Of a stretch of DNA of 38,648 bases, positions 1-11,421 are shown piece after piece; position 1 is the stretch's first letter, and every line of letters starts with the position of its first letter. The stretch comes from Mesotaenium endlicherianum (lineage: Eukaryota), in NCBI GenBank assembly GCA_009602735.1, contig WELA01002665.1, forward strand, positions 321,328-359,975, read 5' to 3'. The position numbers were made by a program, and so were the translations under genes. The notes below the pieces were generated by a model. That model was not told the origin of the DNA. It worked only from the letters and a program-made list of their open reading frames with translations, and did no database searches.

Positions 1-300
1 AGGGAGCGGTGTGCCCCCCCCCCCTCTCTTGAGTTTTTTGAGTTTTCTGTGTTTCGTTGTCCTTGTGTGCGCTACCCACCAATGGGCATGGTCTTATGAG
101 TACTTGCGGCAGCAGCAGCCGCAGCAAGCAAGCAGTAGCGCGCCCCCCCGCCTCTGTCTCTTATTTCCTTGTTTGTTTCTCTCACCCTCTCCTCGTCCCG
201 CGCGTCGCAGGTCATCAAACCCTAGCTTGTTGCGGGACCCCAGTTTCTGACAGACAAATTCTTGTTCAGAAAATTTGCGTCTGCGGTCTAGTCCGGACGA

Positions 301-410
301 GCCTTGTCAAGTGCGGTCAAGCTTGGTCAAACGAGGTCCACAAAGGTCAATGATGGTCCACCAAGGTCAATGAGGGTCCACCAAGGTCAACGACAGTCCA
401 CCAAGGTCAA
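301..410. repeat. Degenerate 10-bp (20-bp higher-order) tandem array, consensus nnnnGGTCAA/nnnnGGTCCA, 11 units
   Basis: gccttgtcaa gtgcggtcaa gcttggtcaa acgaggtcca caaaggtcaa tgatggtcca ccaaggtcaa tgagggtcca ccaaggtcaa cgacagtcca ccaaggtcaa, read directly. Confidence 0.85.
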
Positions 411-900
411 GCTGTAGCTCGGAAACTGTTCAAACCAGAGTCGAATGAGGCCTGCATGAATGCTAGGAAGAGCACGAGTGGTCTTGTGGAGCGTCGCAGA
501 AGACATAAAAGAGAGAGGATCGTAAGAGAGAGGCAACATGAAAAAGGGGGAAGGGATCCGAAGAGAGAGGCATCATGTAAAAGGAGAGCCTTACCGCTAG
601 GCGGCTTCCTCGGTACAATGACTCGCCGACTCCCGCATGACTTTCTGCGCGACTCCCTCTCTATGACGACACGTGTGGCTTTCCTCTGACCCGTATGTTT
701 TCCCCACTCCCCATCCTTGCCTGCCTCTCTTCAATGAAACCTGTGGCTTCCCCCTAACTCGCGCGGCCCCCTCTATATAATGACACATGTGGGGTCGTCC
801 TCACTCATGCAACTCCTCCCTCTCCGTGGTGGCACATGTGGCTCCCCCCCCCCGACTCACGTGGCCCCTCTGTATGTCGATACGTGGCGCCTGGCTGCAG

Positions 901-1801
901 GGGAACCTTGTGGGAATGGCCGGCATCACAAACCCGGCCATCGCGCCGCTCGTTGCCTCAGCCACCCTCATCGCGCCAGCTGTCTTCCTGAACCGCGTGG
1001 GCTCTGCCCTGCTCGCCATGTGGAGCTACATCACCGGCCCCGCCATCGACTCGGTACGTCTCCCCCGCAGCGTGCTTCGCGTTGCCACCTGGCAGCGGCC
1101 CCGCTCGGAAGCTGCCACCACCTGGCAACGACCCACCTGGCAGCAACTTCTCAAATTTTAAACCAAAGTCTGCGTATCTTTTTCGACACCGACGTTGTCC
1201 ACACGTGTGCCGGACGCGAGTGCTGCTACACGCAAGCATCAACTGGCACCGTCGCGCACCTCGCTACTTTGCTTCCGAAAATAGCCAGTCTTGCAACATC
1301 CTGCCAGCCAACCGCCAGCTGGCGGTGACAGACTACCTTCCGGCCCGATCTTGTCTGCAGCTTCTTCGGGGTTGGGGTTCTGGGCAGGTTCAGTGATTAG
1401 GTAACGTTTGTGAAGTTGCGGTCGAGCAGGAGCTGGCACCTTTCGCTTACCGCCATTCTCTGCGTGCTATGTCATCCCCTTGTGTCGCCCCTATCAAAAG
1501 ACTAATTGCAATGAAAAAGGAAGATATCAAAATATGTATGCATATGTATATGTATGTATATGTACATAGACGAGTGGCATCACCTGCTGCGAGATGTTTG
1601 GGTGACGATGTTTGCTCGCTGAGCTGACCACACGCGTCATCTCTTTTCCTCACCACGCTATTACGACTCAGCACGAGAGCAGCACGGGGGTGCTGCGCGG
1701 GTGGTGCTTTGGGTGGGGGGGGCAGGTACTAGTGAATGCAGACTTCAACAACGGCAAGTTCGACTACTATCTGTATGACATTCTTGCCTCTTGTCTCTCT
1801 T

Positions 1802-1847
<46 letters not shown>

Positions 1848-4800
1848 GCCTTCTTCCTTCCTCTCCGCAAGAGGCTTATTTTCCTAGCAGAGCCCAAATG
1901 GCCGCTTGTTTGGTGACAGTTTTGATTCTTTCCTCTTGTTTGTTGCTTTTGCTTCCTCCGCTTTTGTAATCTGTCCGCTTCTCTTGTTTGGCTGATGACA
2001 GTGTTGTTTGCTCCGCATTTTTTCGCCAAGTCGTCGCTGCACTCTCTTTGTAAGAAGCGTACATGAATTGATGAATACTTTTGGTATGCTCCATTTTAAA
2101 CCCATATACACGGGTGAGTAAAAGCAAATACGGCTATACATTTGGGTCTTGGGATACACCCGTTCCCTTTTGCAGCATACAAGATATGTGCGTGTGCGTG
2201 TGTATGTGTTTGTGTGTGCGTGTGTGTACGTGCGCGCGTGTATGTGTGCGTGTGTGTGAATGAATAAAACGCCATTGGTCACGTGGCCTTACGTACATAC
2301 TCTGATTACTGTTTCTGCAAACTTTCATGTGCAGCGAGGGGGGGATCATCATAAACCGAACGGACAACTCTGCCAACTTCAGCAGCTCCATCTTTGGTGA
2401 GTAGATGGGATGTATATTTTCTGATGTACTAAAGGATATGTATGTACATTCTTCATCATATGGTTTAAAATACATCCACATACCACATGTCTATCATTGG
2501 TGAGGAAAAAAGATACACACTAACGGATGAGTCTACATGAATGTGTGCATTCACAAACATGCATGTGTGGTGAGTAGATGTTATACACTTGAATAGATAA
2601 TCATATACACGCTAATGTAGATGCGCACATGCATGTGTACACGCGCACACTCTCGCGCACATGCGCATGCACACACGCCCACGCACACATGCGCACGCAC
2701 ACCCGTACGCTCATGTACACACGCGCGCACGCTCAGGCATGTACACAGATGAACACACACACACACACACACACACTCACACGCATTGCACACAAATGTA
2801 CGCATGCACACACACGTACCACTCTTTAGCTTTCCTTCCCCGCTCATGTTCCTCGCTCGCCTCCAAGTCTGCCAGGTGGCCACCCACATAGCGCCACCTG
2901 GCCTCATCCTTGCCTCTTGCGCCCCACCCTTCTTCCCCCCCCTCTGGTACCCTCCTCTCTCTGTCTGTTGCAGGCCGCACACAAAGGAGAAATATGTCCC
3001 TTCACTGAGTGAGTTATATCCTACGCACGCACGTGCGCACATACACAAATACACACACACACACACACCTATGCACACACACACACACACGCACACACAT
3101 GCACACACGCGCACACACGCGCACACACGCGCACACACGCGTATACACTCCACACACGCGTGCATACAGATAGTTGCATGCAAAACCAAGTTGACATTGT
3201 GGGTGCGGGGGGGCTGGCGCATGCGCGCAGGAACACCCTGCTGCACGCCCAACAGGGACTTTGCAAACCTGTACCTGGAGACCAACGGGTGGGACGGCGT
3301 CACGGCGTATCGTAACCTGCAGCACGTGCAGCAAGGTGAACGCGACTTCTTCTCATCACGTGCCACACCTGGGGTGTCTACGTATTTGATACACTCAATG
3401 TGTTGGTACGTATATTTGATGTACTCAATATATACGCTGTCTCCGGGAAGTGACCGAGGCGACTGCGTCTCTCGCCTTCTCGTTGAGAGAGCTTGGCATG
3501 GACATCCCTTGTGGGGGGAGATGCACCTCATCCCGATGCGTATATGATACATCTAACAACTTGTTTGATATTAAATTGTGTTCGATGTGTTTGACGCCTG
3601 ACGTAAATATATCTTTAAAAAGACACGAAAATAATAATTAGAAATAAGAAAGTTCATGACTTCATTGGGCGGCTGGCAGTCATAACGGGCGGCGAGCTTC
3701 GGCAGTTTGACTTCGGCAGCCGCGCCACGAACCGCCAGCTGTACGGCTCCACGGGGGCGCCTTACTTCCGCCTCCAGAACATTCCCCCGGAATTTCCCAT
3801 CCTTTTCATCCACGGTGGCGCGGTGAGAGATTGCCAGAGACTGCCACCTCACCCTTTCCCTGACGCCACCTGCCACCTCACCCTTTCCCTGACGCCACCT
3901 GCCACCTCACCCTTGTCCTGATGCCACCTCACTGACCTCTCATCCCGGTGCCACCTCGCCCTCGTCACGACTCCTAACCCGATTCCAAGCCTGATTCCAA
4001 ACCTGGTCCTGACCCCCATCCTGACTCTTGTCCTTGTCCTGGTCCTCCTCGTCCAGCTGTCATCTCGCCATACGGCGCAGTCTTTCGCCTCCTGTCAGAT
4101 GTTCCTCTAGCCTCAAGGTTTAGGGTTTTTGTCGCTCTGAACACCCATTTCCTCTTCTTCATTCTTTGCGCCTGTCTTTTCTCGCGTGCGTGCGTCCGCG
4201 TGCCTGAGTGCGTGCGTGCGTGCGTGCGTGCGTGCGCTCGTGTTTTGACCACGAGGGTGCGCGTGTAAACAGGTCCACCCGGCCTGCACGTGGAACACGT
4301 TCCTGACCACGCTCAGAGTGGCAGCGTAAAGAATGCTGCATGTGACGTGGTTGGTCAAACGTCGCAGAACGCGAGAAAGGGGAGAGCGCTGAATGTAACA
4401 GAGTGAAGATTTGACACCTGTGGCTCGCAGGTTGCCCTCGCACATTGCATGCGTCCATTCCCCTTGCTAGCTTGCGCTTCCGCTTACGTGCGTGTGCTAT
4501 TGTGTGTGTGCGCGCCTGCGTGTGCCGGAGCACGTGCACGCGCGCGAGTTCAAGCAGGCTGCATGCGTGGGCAAAGCAAAGATGCTGACTGCAATAGAAA
4601 GAAGAATGGTTGCCCGTAACTATCCGTTCCCCCAAGTGTTCTTTGCCTGGATCTATTCTCCTTGCTTGCTTGCGCTTGCGTACGTGTGCGTGCGCGTGCA
4701 CGCGCGTGTGCGTGTGCGTGTGCGTGTGCGTGTGCTTGAGCGTGTGTGCACAAGCGTCTCTGTGTGCTTGCGCGTGTGCAAGTATTTCTGAGCGTGTGTC

Positions 4801-6045
4801 TCAGTGTGTGTCTGCGTCTGTGCCTGCGTGTGCATGCACGTGCATGTGCGTGTCTGCATGCGCGAGTGCGCATGCGCGTGTGCAAACAGGACACCGCACA
4901 GCCAGATCTAGAATTACACACACGTACACGGTCCGCTCCCCCTCGTGCTCATCCCCTGTGTCTGTTCTCCCTCGCCCGCGTGCGCTCGCACATTTGCATG
5001 TGCAAAAGAGCAGGACCGCATGGCCAACGTGCAGAACGTGGGGGTGCTGCGCGCGCATCTCAAGGGAAACCCCCTCCACCTCCTCCTCCCCGACTACTCG
5101 CACTTCGACCTCATCTACTCGCGCTCTGTCGGCGACGACGTCTTTGGGCCCGTGCTGGTTTTCCTCGACCGCCAGCTCAGCGCCGCCACGTCCGCAACCC
5201 CGGACGTCGCTTACACGTCGGCGACGGCGGTCCCTACGCCCGTGGAGTACTGGCCGGCTACGACGACAACAGCGGCGCCGGCGGCGACGGCAGCCGCTGC
5301 CCAAGACGGGCCTGCGGCCGACGCAGCTTCGGATCAGGCTCCCGCAGCTTCGGCTCCGGCTCCAGGTTCGGATCTGGCATCGGTTTCAGGCTTGGCTGCG
5401 GGCTCGGCTCCAATTTCGGCCCCAGGCTCGGATTTAGCAGATTCAGCGGCGGGTTCGGCTCCAGCTTTTGATCGGCTTCCATCGCCATCGGCTCCAGCAC
5501 AAGCGTCGGCGGTGCCTCCCGGGTTTGCTGCTTCTCAGAACCCCACCCTAGGTGCAGCCGGCCAGAGAGGGCTATCTCCAAACGCTGCTGGAGAGACAGA
5601 TGGGGGCGGGGGCAACGGTGGAGGTACAGATGCGGGGGCTGCGGGGAATGGGGGCGCTTCCGGGGGTGGGGGGGGTGAGGGTGTGAATGGGGAGGAGGAC
5701 ACGACTGGGGAAGCGATTGTGGTCCCGGAGTACCCCCCTGCGCTGACGCTCACGAGCTTGCCAGCTGTCGCTGTGAACGAGACCGTCGGGGGAGGTGCCG
5801 CGAGCCCGCCAGCTGTCGCTGTCAACGGGACAGGGGGAGGGGGATCTACGGGAGAGTTGCTGTCGCAGCCGGGAGGCGGCAGGGGGGGGACCGGCCGCAC
5901 AGCTGGCGCGAGGGAGGGAGCTGCGTCCGTCCCTAGCTCGTCCGGGACACCTGGCAGTCTGAGAGGCTCGCCAAGTGTGCAGGCGCAGGGGGTTCAGGCA
6001 CCAGCACCTGCACGCGCGCGCGCACCCCCGCGCATATTGACTTGA
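901..6045 (+). CDS. Triacylglycerol/acid lipase (AB-hydrolase lipase family, plant LIP1/MPL1-like), 5'-partial, 6 exons in window, with AGP-like C-terminal extension
   Basis: Exons 901-1053, 1726-1772, 2335-2396, 3231-3335, 3680-3822 and 5014-6045 all have AG/GT boundaries and matching phases (1542 nt, 513 aa + stop). The spliced protein reads GNLVGMAGITNPAIAPLVASATLIAPAVFL...GTPCC...YRNLQHVQQVITGGELRQFDFGSRATNRQLYGSTGAPYFRLQNIPPEFPILFIHGGADRMAN...DYSHFDLIYSRSVGDDVFGPVLVFL. This matches the gastric/lysosomal/plant acid-lipase pattern (last G of GxSxG, 'L-APxxFL', 'yDyG...N...YG...P.Y', catalytic Asp in GGxD, catalytic His in YxHxD). The exon with the nucleophile Ser was not found and presumably lies upstream of the window. 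The exact 3' end is less certain. Confidence 0.88.
1805..1844. repeat. (CT)20 microsatellite in lipase intron
   Basis: Uninterrupted ctctct... run. Confidence 0.95.
2620..3165. repeat. Imperfect (CA)/(CG)/(CACG) microsatellite blocks in lipase intron
   Basis: Alternating purine-pyrimidine tracts at about 2620-2820 and 3020-3165. Similar tracts at 2185-2258, 4184-4240 ((GCGT)n) and 4670-4880. Confidence 0.85.
3841..3930. repeat. 29-bp minisatellite, about 3 copies (ctgccacctcaccctttccctgacgccac)
   Basis: Copies at 3841-3869 and 3870-3898 are identical; a third degenerate copy follows. It starts 19 nt after the exon donor at 3823. Confidence 0.85.
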
Positions 6046-7474
6046 TTGCAATTTGCAAATCGCCTGCAGCACTCTATGAGGCTGCTGCTGCTGCATGCTT
6101 TCGATTCTGCAGCTATTGCTGCAGCTGCTTCAGCCTTCATGCAGCGTCCCATCGAAGTGCCAGGGGGGAACTGAGAGGATGTAGCGCGACACTTGGTGAG
6201 CAGCAGATGACTTCAAGATGGCTGGATGGATGGATAGGATGCATGGATGATGGGTGGACGTGAGAGCCGCTTCACTAGCTTAGGGCTTTGGCCTTGTTGG
6301 CATGGATGCCACACTTGGTATTTTTGACATTTCTTGGTATATCCAATATTCATGTGTACTCCGCTGGCTATTGACAGATCAGAGATATTAGTAGATTGAA
6401 AGGGGTTATACAGTTTCGACTTTTCTCCCTGACTGAACTGGCATGTGGAAGTGCCCCTAGTTTGTGGTGGAAGTTCTGGTGCTCAAGCCTTGATTGTGAG
6501 ATGTAGACCTCATGTCACGCACTAAGAGGTGTGCTAGAGGATCACTGCGATTGGTTTTTTATTCAGGTTTGGACTTTGGCTAGCACATTCATTTTCTAAG
6601 CACTTCTTGCTCCGGGCTCACATGCCTGACGAGCTCACATGCCTGACGAGTAATATAAGTACATTTGCATACATTGCACCACTGATTTATAACCATTTTG
6701 CTATCGCGATATGCTTGTGCATATCACTATTCCATATGTTCAGTGGGAGAGAAATGCTGGAGCATGATGGTCCGTTGATTGGTTGTTGATATCTTCAATT
6801 GTCAAGTATGTACATTCTTTCCTTTTCTTCAAATAATGATCCACAAAATCACCGACAGAAACTTCTGCAGTTTCTTTGTTTTAATTGTTGACAATAATAT
6901 TAGCCACTCGAACGAAGTTGAATGCAAAAAATGAACGTAAGAATTCCAAGATTTTTCCATAGAAAGGAAAGTATGAGCTAACAAACACTACTGTAGCATA
7001 CAAAAGGCAATCACGCATGAGATGAACCAAATAAGGACACCAATCCAAAAGTTGTGGAGGTTGTGGTCCAGCAATTTGACCACATGCTTCAAGAGTCAAA
7101 TGTCACTTGAGTGGTCACGAGAGCATTGTCACAAACGCATGAGTTGGCTGTTACTAATAGGAGCAATTTTGTATGGGTCAATATAATACAAACAATTTGA
7201 GGTCGCTGCACTAGCCCAGGTATCTCTTTAAGCAAGTATATGGTTGGAGGGACAAAGAAGGGGTCCCACTCCTAACCAGGAATATTGCTAAGCAGCCATA
7301 ATATCAACATGTGTATGATCTGCCATATCTACAGCCAATGATAAGTTTCATCTAGTCTTTGTGCTTCAGCTAAGCCTTCAATGTCGGCAGTATTCTACCT
7401 AAACTATCTTGTCCTATGTTCGGATCCCTATTTGTCTGAGTGAAGCGAACTGAAAAAAACAGGTGCCCTGTTAA

Positions 7475-8341
7475 TCAACTGCAAGAGCTGTCACAACATG
7501 GGCTGTGCCAACAGTTCCTTGTAGCAACTGGGTAACTACTGTACCTAATCTCAACGACGTCACTTACTATCTTTGAATGTAACAGCAAATTTAAGACTGC
7601 CACCAGTTCAGCTTCCTTTTTGAGCTCTGCGTGAGCATGTATTGACGACTTCCTTCCTCAATTCAGCATGTCTAATGACATGACTCCAAGGATGCTGCAG
7701 TCGTCATTGTATATGACTACCTTGAACCTCCTCCCACATGAACGACTTCCACTTCTGCTGTACAATGAATGAGAAGGGTCCATCATGTTGATGACTGGAC
7801 CATAGCCGTCATATACCTTGCAGGGGAGAGCACCTCCCGCCGCTACATTTAGTACGACCTGACATGGAAGCTTCCAGCTTCAATTCCTGACGCAGGAAAG
7901 TTCCGCAGCTAGGTAGTGCCCCTAAGTCTAGCAGAAAACAAGGTCATTCACCACAACTGGCACTCCACTCAAAGCCCTTGCAAGGCCAACTACGTTTGAT
8001 GATCTCCTTCTAAGCTGCAGAGGCTCTCCGGGTTCCTGGTACACAACGAATTGGTCCTCTTTCACTTTGTTGACAGTGACAGGAGGCTTTGAAAATATTC
8101 TTTCTGAAACGACAGAGCCTGCTGTCATTACTGCTAAGACCACAATGAATACTCCTCTCAGACTGGCAACTACAGACTGCCAGAGAGCAGCCTGTAAGGT
8201 AGCTCTGTAGCTCACTGGGTCAACTTGCACAAGCTCACCAGAACTTGTCATATCCGGAAGGAGACGAATAGAAGTAAATCCAAGCACTACGGAAGTCAAG
8301 TCAAGACAAATCTCCTTCTTCCGATTAGTTGCCAGAAAAAG
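7475..8341 (-). pseudogene. Possible decayed intronless ORF of unknown family
   Basis: One minus-strand frame runs about 288 codons (8341-7478) with only four internal stops (TAG 7928, TAG 7922, TGA 7880, TGA 7658) in sequence of moderate GC. It includes the 123-aa ORF 7928-8299. No motif recognised. Confidence 0.3.
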
Positions 8342-9816
8342 TTATGGATAGGTGAGGAAAGATGAAGAGCAGTAGCCTTCCAGTTCTTCGTGAAGCTATG
8401 AGACCTTTCGATGAAGTGAAACTGACTTCTATAACCTCTAGTCAGTCACCATGCACCAATATGGCAATGGATGCGTGAAGCTGGCGCGGGTTCTCTTGGC
8501 ATGTCATGGACCCCAGGACCTAGGTGTGAGTTTACCAGAGCCAGCTGCCGTGAGCTGCCAGAGCTACTCACTGCAACTCGCTTTAAAATGGTCCCCGCTC
8601 CATATTGATGTGAAGTCGTGTCAGTCCAGGAATATCTAAAATGAACGGTGTCGTTTGGTAGTCCTTCAATACTGCCCCTTTAATTGACACGTACACAGAG
8701 TGGCGTCAGTGCTGCTTGCATTTTTTTGCCAAGTCCGGCTGAAGCTGGCTGAATGCTGTCGTAAGCTGCACGCTGTGCTGTACGTGCTTTGTACGACAGT
8801 GTCTGTTGTTGACACTCGAAATTGACTGTAGACTGCTGTAGACTTGCGTTCACGGATTCATAAATTTTAGGCTGTCGCGGTGCCGAGCTGCGCCTAGCGC
8901 TTGTTGTCTCACGAGTCACAGGTACATTTCCCCTGGACCACGAATATTGATGAATATATAGATGTGGAATAGTTTGTTAATTTTACGAAGAATAGTAGGG
9001 AAACTTGTGAAAACAATTAGGAATGACCGACCGAAGACTCCTGCAAGTCGCGACGACCTGCGACCTGCAGAGTTCGATAGTGGAATTGGTGTGACTACAG
9101 GTGATCGGAAGCTTGACCATGAAGACTACATCTTCGTACTACTTTCTTTGCTGTACTAGCTCTAGGATTGCCCAGTATAGCTGCTTTGCTGCCATTTGGC
9201 AATATCTCTTGACATATATATTTTGACGGTTAAGATGGCTCTGATAAATTCAGCAGAATCGGCACTTCTCATCGCACAAGCGTGCTTCCCGTTCACGACA
9301 GTGACTGACAGTCACCGTTAGTGATGCATCCTTTTTATGGCACCCGAGGCAACACGCCGACCAAACTGGAGTGAGCTCCCTACATCTGGTACAGAAGTTG
9401 ACGTGAGTGCTTTGAAAGATGTCCGATCGCCGATCGAGACTGCTTGTAGTGGCTTGTAGGTGCTTGTAGGTGTTCGATGGCGTAGTCCATATTGACCAAG
9501 GTGCTTTCCGCCAGCTGGTCCACATGACTCTGTTTGACTCGTGTGGGCTCCTGTCGCTAGTGATGGTTGCTGACAAAAGTCAACATAAAGCTCCCACCGG
9601 AGTGCCAGGATCCTGACTTCAATCTTTAAGACATTCAAATTGAGGATTACAAGAGCTAGAGGGGTGGTACTGAAGGTTACCTGCAAATCCAGCTCAAATT
9701 GCTCCATGCAACAGTCTAAGTATAGAGGTTCTCCTGACCCTTGAGTTCTTTGTAAGCAGAAAATTGTCGCAAAATCTGTGGCTCTTGGTTGTCAAACGAA
9801 GAAGGATTCCTCCAGA

Positions 9817-11374
9817 ATGGGAGATATCTCGTTGGTTGGAAAATACGAGGACTTGAAAGGCAAGCGGGTCTTAGTAACAGGTACATCACATTGATTAAAG
9901 GAAAAGCTGTGAATTGTGATATTCATGAGCGTTCATCTCTACTCTGCACGTACTCTATCTCGTATGTATCACCAACGCAGCTTCAGGAATGTGTATACAT
10001 GGAAATGTTGGAGTTGTTGAGGGTATTCTTGTATCAACACCTCGTATTATGAGACTCTGTGACTTGATGTTCGAACATTTTGCGAGCATTCCCCACTCAT
10101 AGGGCATGTTATTGGCTATGCCAATAGTCAATTGGTGATGCTTACAAGGGGGAACCAGGCTTGGGAGTATGTTCGTGCAGCATCGGGAGTAGAAGACGGA
10201 GGGAAATAATTACATGATAGGGTGACAATGGCTCTGTTCATACGTTCTCACAATGCGTGGATGCTCGGACACAAGCTGGTCATCCCCTCTCCTGATTTCG
10301 ATTTCTCACTCCTTGCAGAGTTTGAAACTGACATCCGTCTATAAAACCTGATGCTGATATACGTGAGATGTGTTTGACGTCTTTTGAGGCACCCCACTCC
10401 CCAGCTTGCATTTCCGGGGAGACCTCCACAGGGAGATCTCTAACAAAGAAGAAAACAAGACCAAGAAGAAAAAAGAAGAAAAAAGAAAGAGAGGGGCCCT
10501 GTGCAGCTTAGGAGTTCACGCCAACAGTTCCTAGATTCCACTATCCAATTTCCGTGAAGAAATCATGACCATGTATCGTTGTAATTGTTTTCTCTATCTT
10601 CTAAACAACATTTGCTTGATCTGATTACAAGATGCATCGGTGTTTGTGACCTGCTGCCATTCCCACACAATGCAAGCATTGGCTAGAAAATGTTGACTGG
10701 ACAGTGGACCAAACAGTTGACTGTTCAGTTGACTGAACAGTTGCTTTTGCAAATGATGGGGGAACTGCACCTACTACTTTGTAGGCAGGCATAAACTGAT
10801 TAAAGCACGTGGTATAGAATATTGCACGATCTTCTGGTAGTGATTTGTGACACTCTCAGTGCATGCCATATGTGCATGCCTTTCAACTGCATTTCTGAAT
10901 AATAATTAAGGATTTATATGCAATGCTAATATTATGTGTAATGACACATGTGAAAAGTGACGTCTGCATGTGCTGATGCCCGCATGCCTCATGTGCCTGA
11001 TGATGATAGTGGTGGTGGCATGCCTGCAGGAGCCTCCGGTGGCATTGGCAGGGCGGCAGCTCTAGGGTTTGGTGCGAATGGCGCGCATGTTGTTATCCTT
11101 GGGAGGAGCGCTGAGAGGCTGCAGGTGATTCATGCTCTCCATGCTTTACATAGGGACCACTTAGGTACAGATGTTTGTTCAGTAGTGGTGGTTGTGAAAA
11201 GCTCAATCCTTAATTGACTTCTGCACTTCCTTGCCCTCATAGCAATATTCTTTTTCTATGTGTGTTGACTCCTGCAAGTTTGATGGTCAGTGATATCGGC
11301 TCAGGTGTTGTTTGAAAGATTGACCACTTCACGCGCTCACTTGCACGCGCGCGCACCCACGTCCGCACGCACGG

Positions 11375-11421
<47 letters not shown>

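Noticed and set aside
196..215. cgcgcgtcgcag|gt considered as the missing nucleophile exon of the lipase
   Set aside because: It translates RASQ, not G-H-S-Q, and the upstream sequence does not resemble the lipase beta-strand.
301..410. Repeat array considered as a CRISPR array
   Set aside because: Units are 10 bp with 4-bp variable parts, there are no spacers of CRISPR length and no cas genes, and the context is eukaryotic.
2581..3552. 323-aa minus ORF and many other C/V- or H/T-rich ORFs (also 4159-4921, 11237-11659, 13026-13467, 15465-15890)
   Set aside because: They are translations of (CA)/(GT)/(CG) microsatellite introns that lack stop codons, and they lie antisense to or inside spliced genes.
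7690..7730. VIYNDD considered as a reverse-transcriptase YxDD motif
   Set aside because: No upstream RT motifs (e.g. QG/PFG, D-x-x-x-A-F/Y) at the expected spacing.
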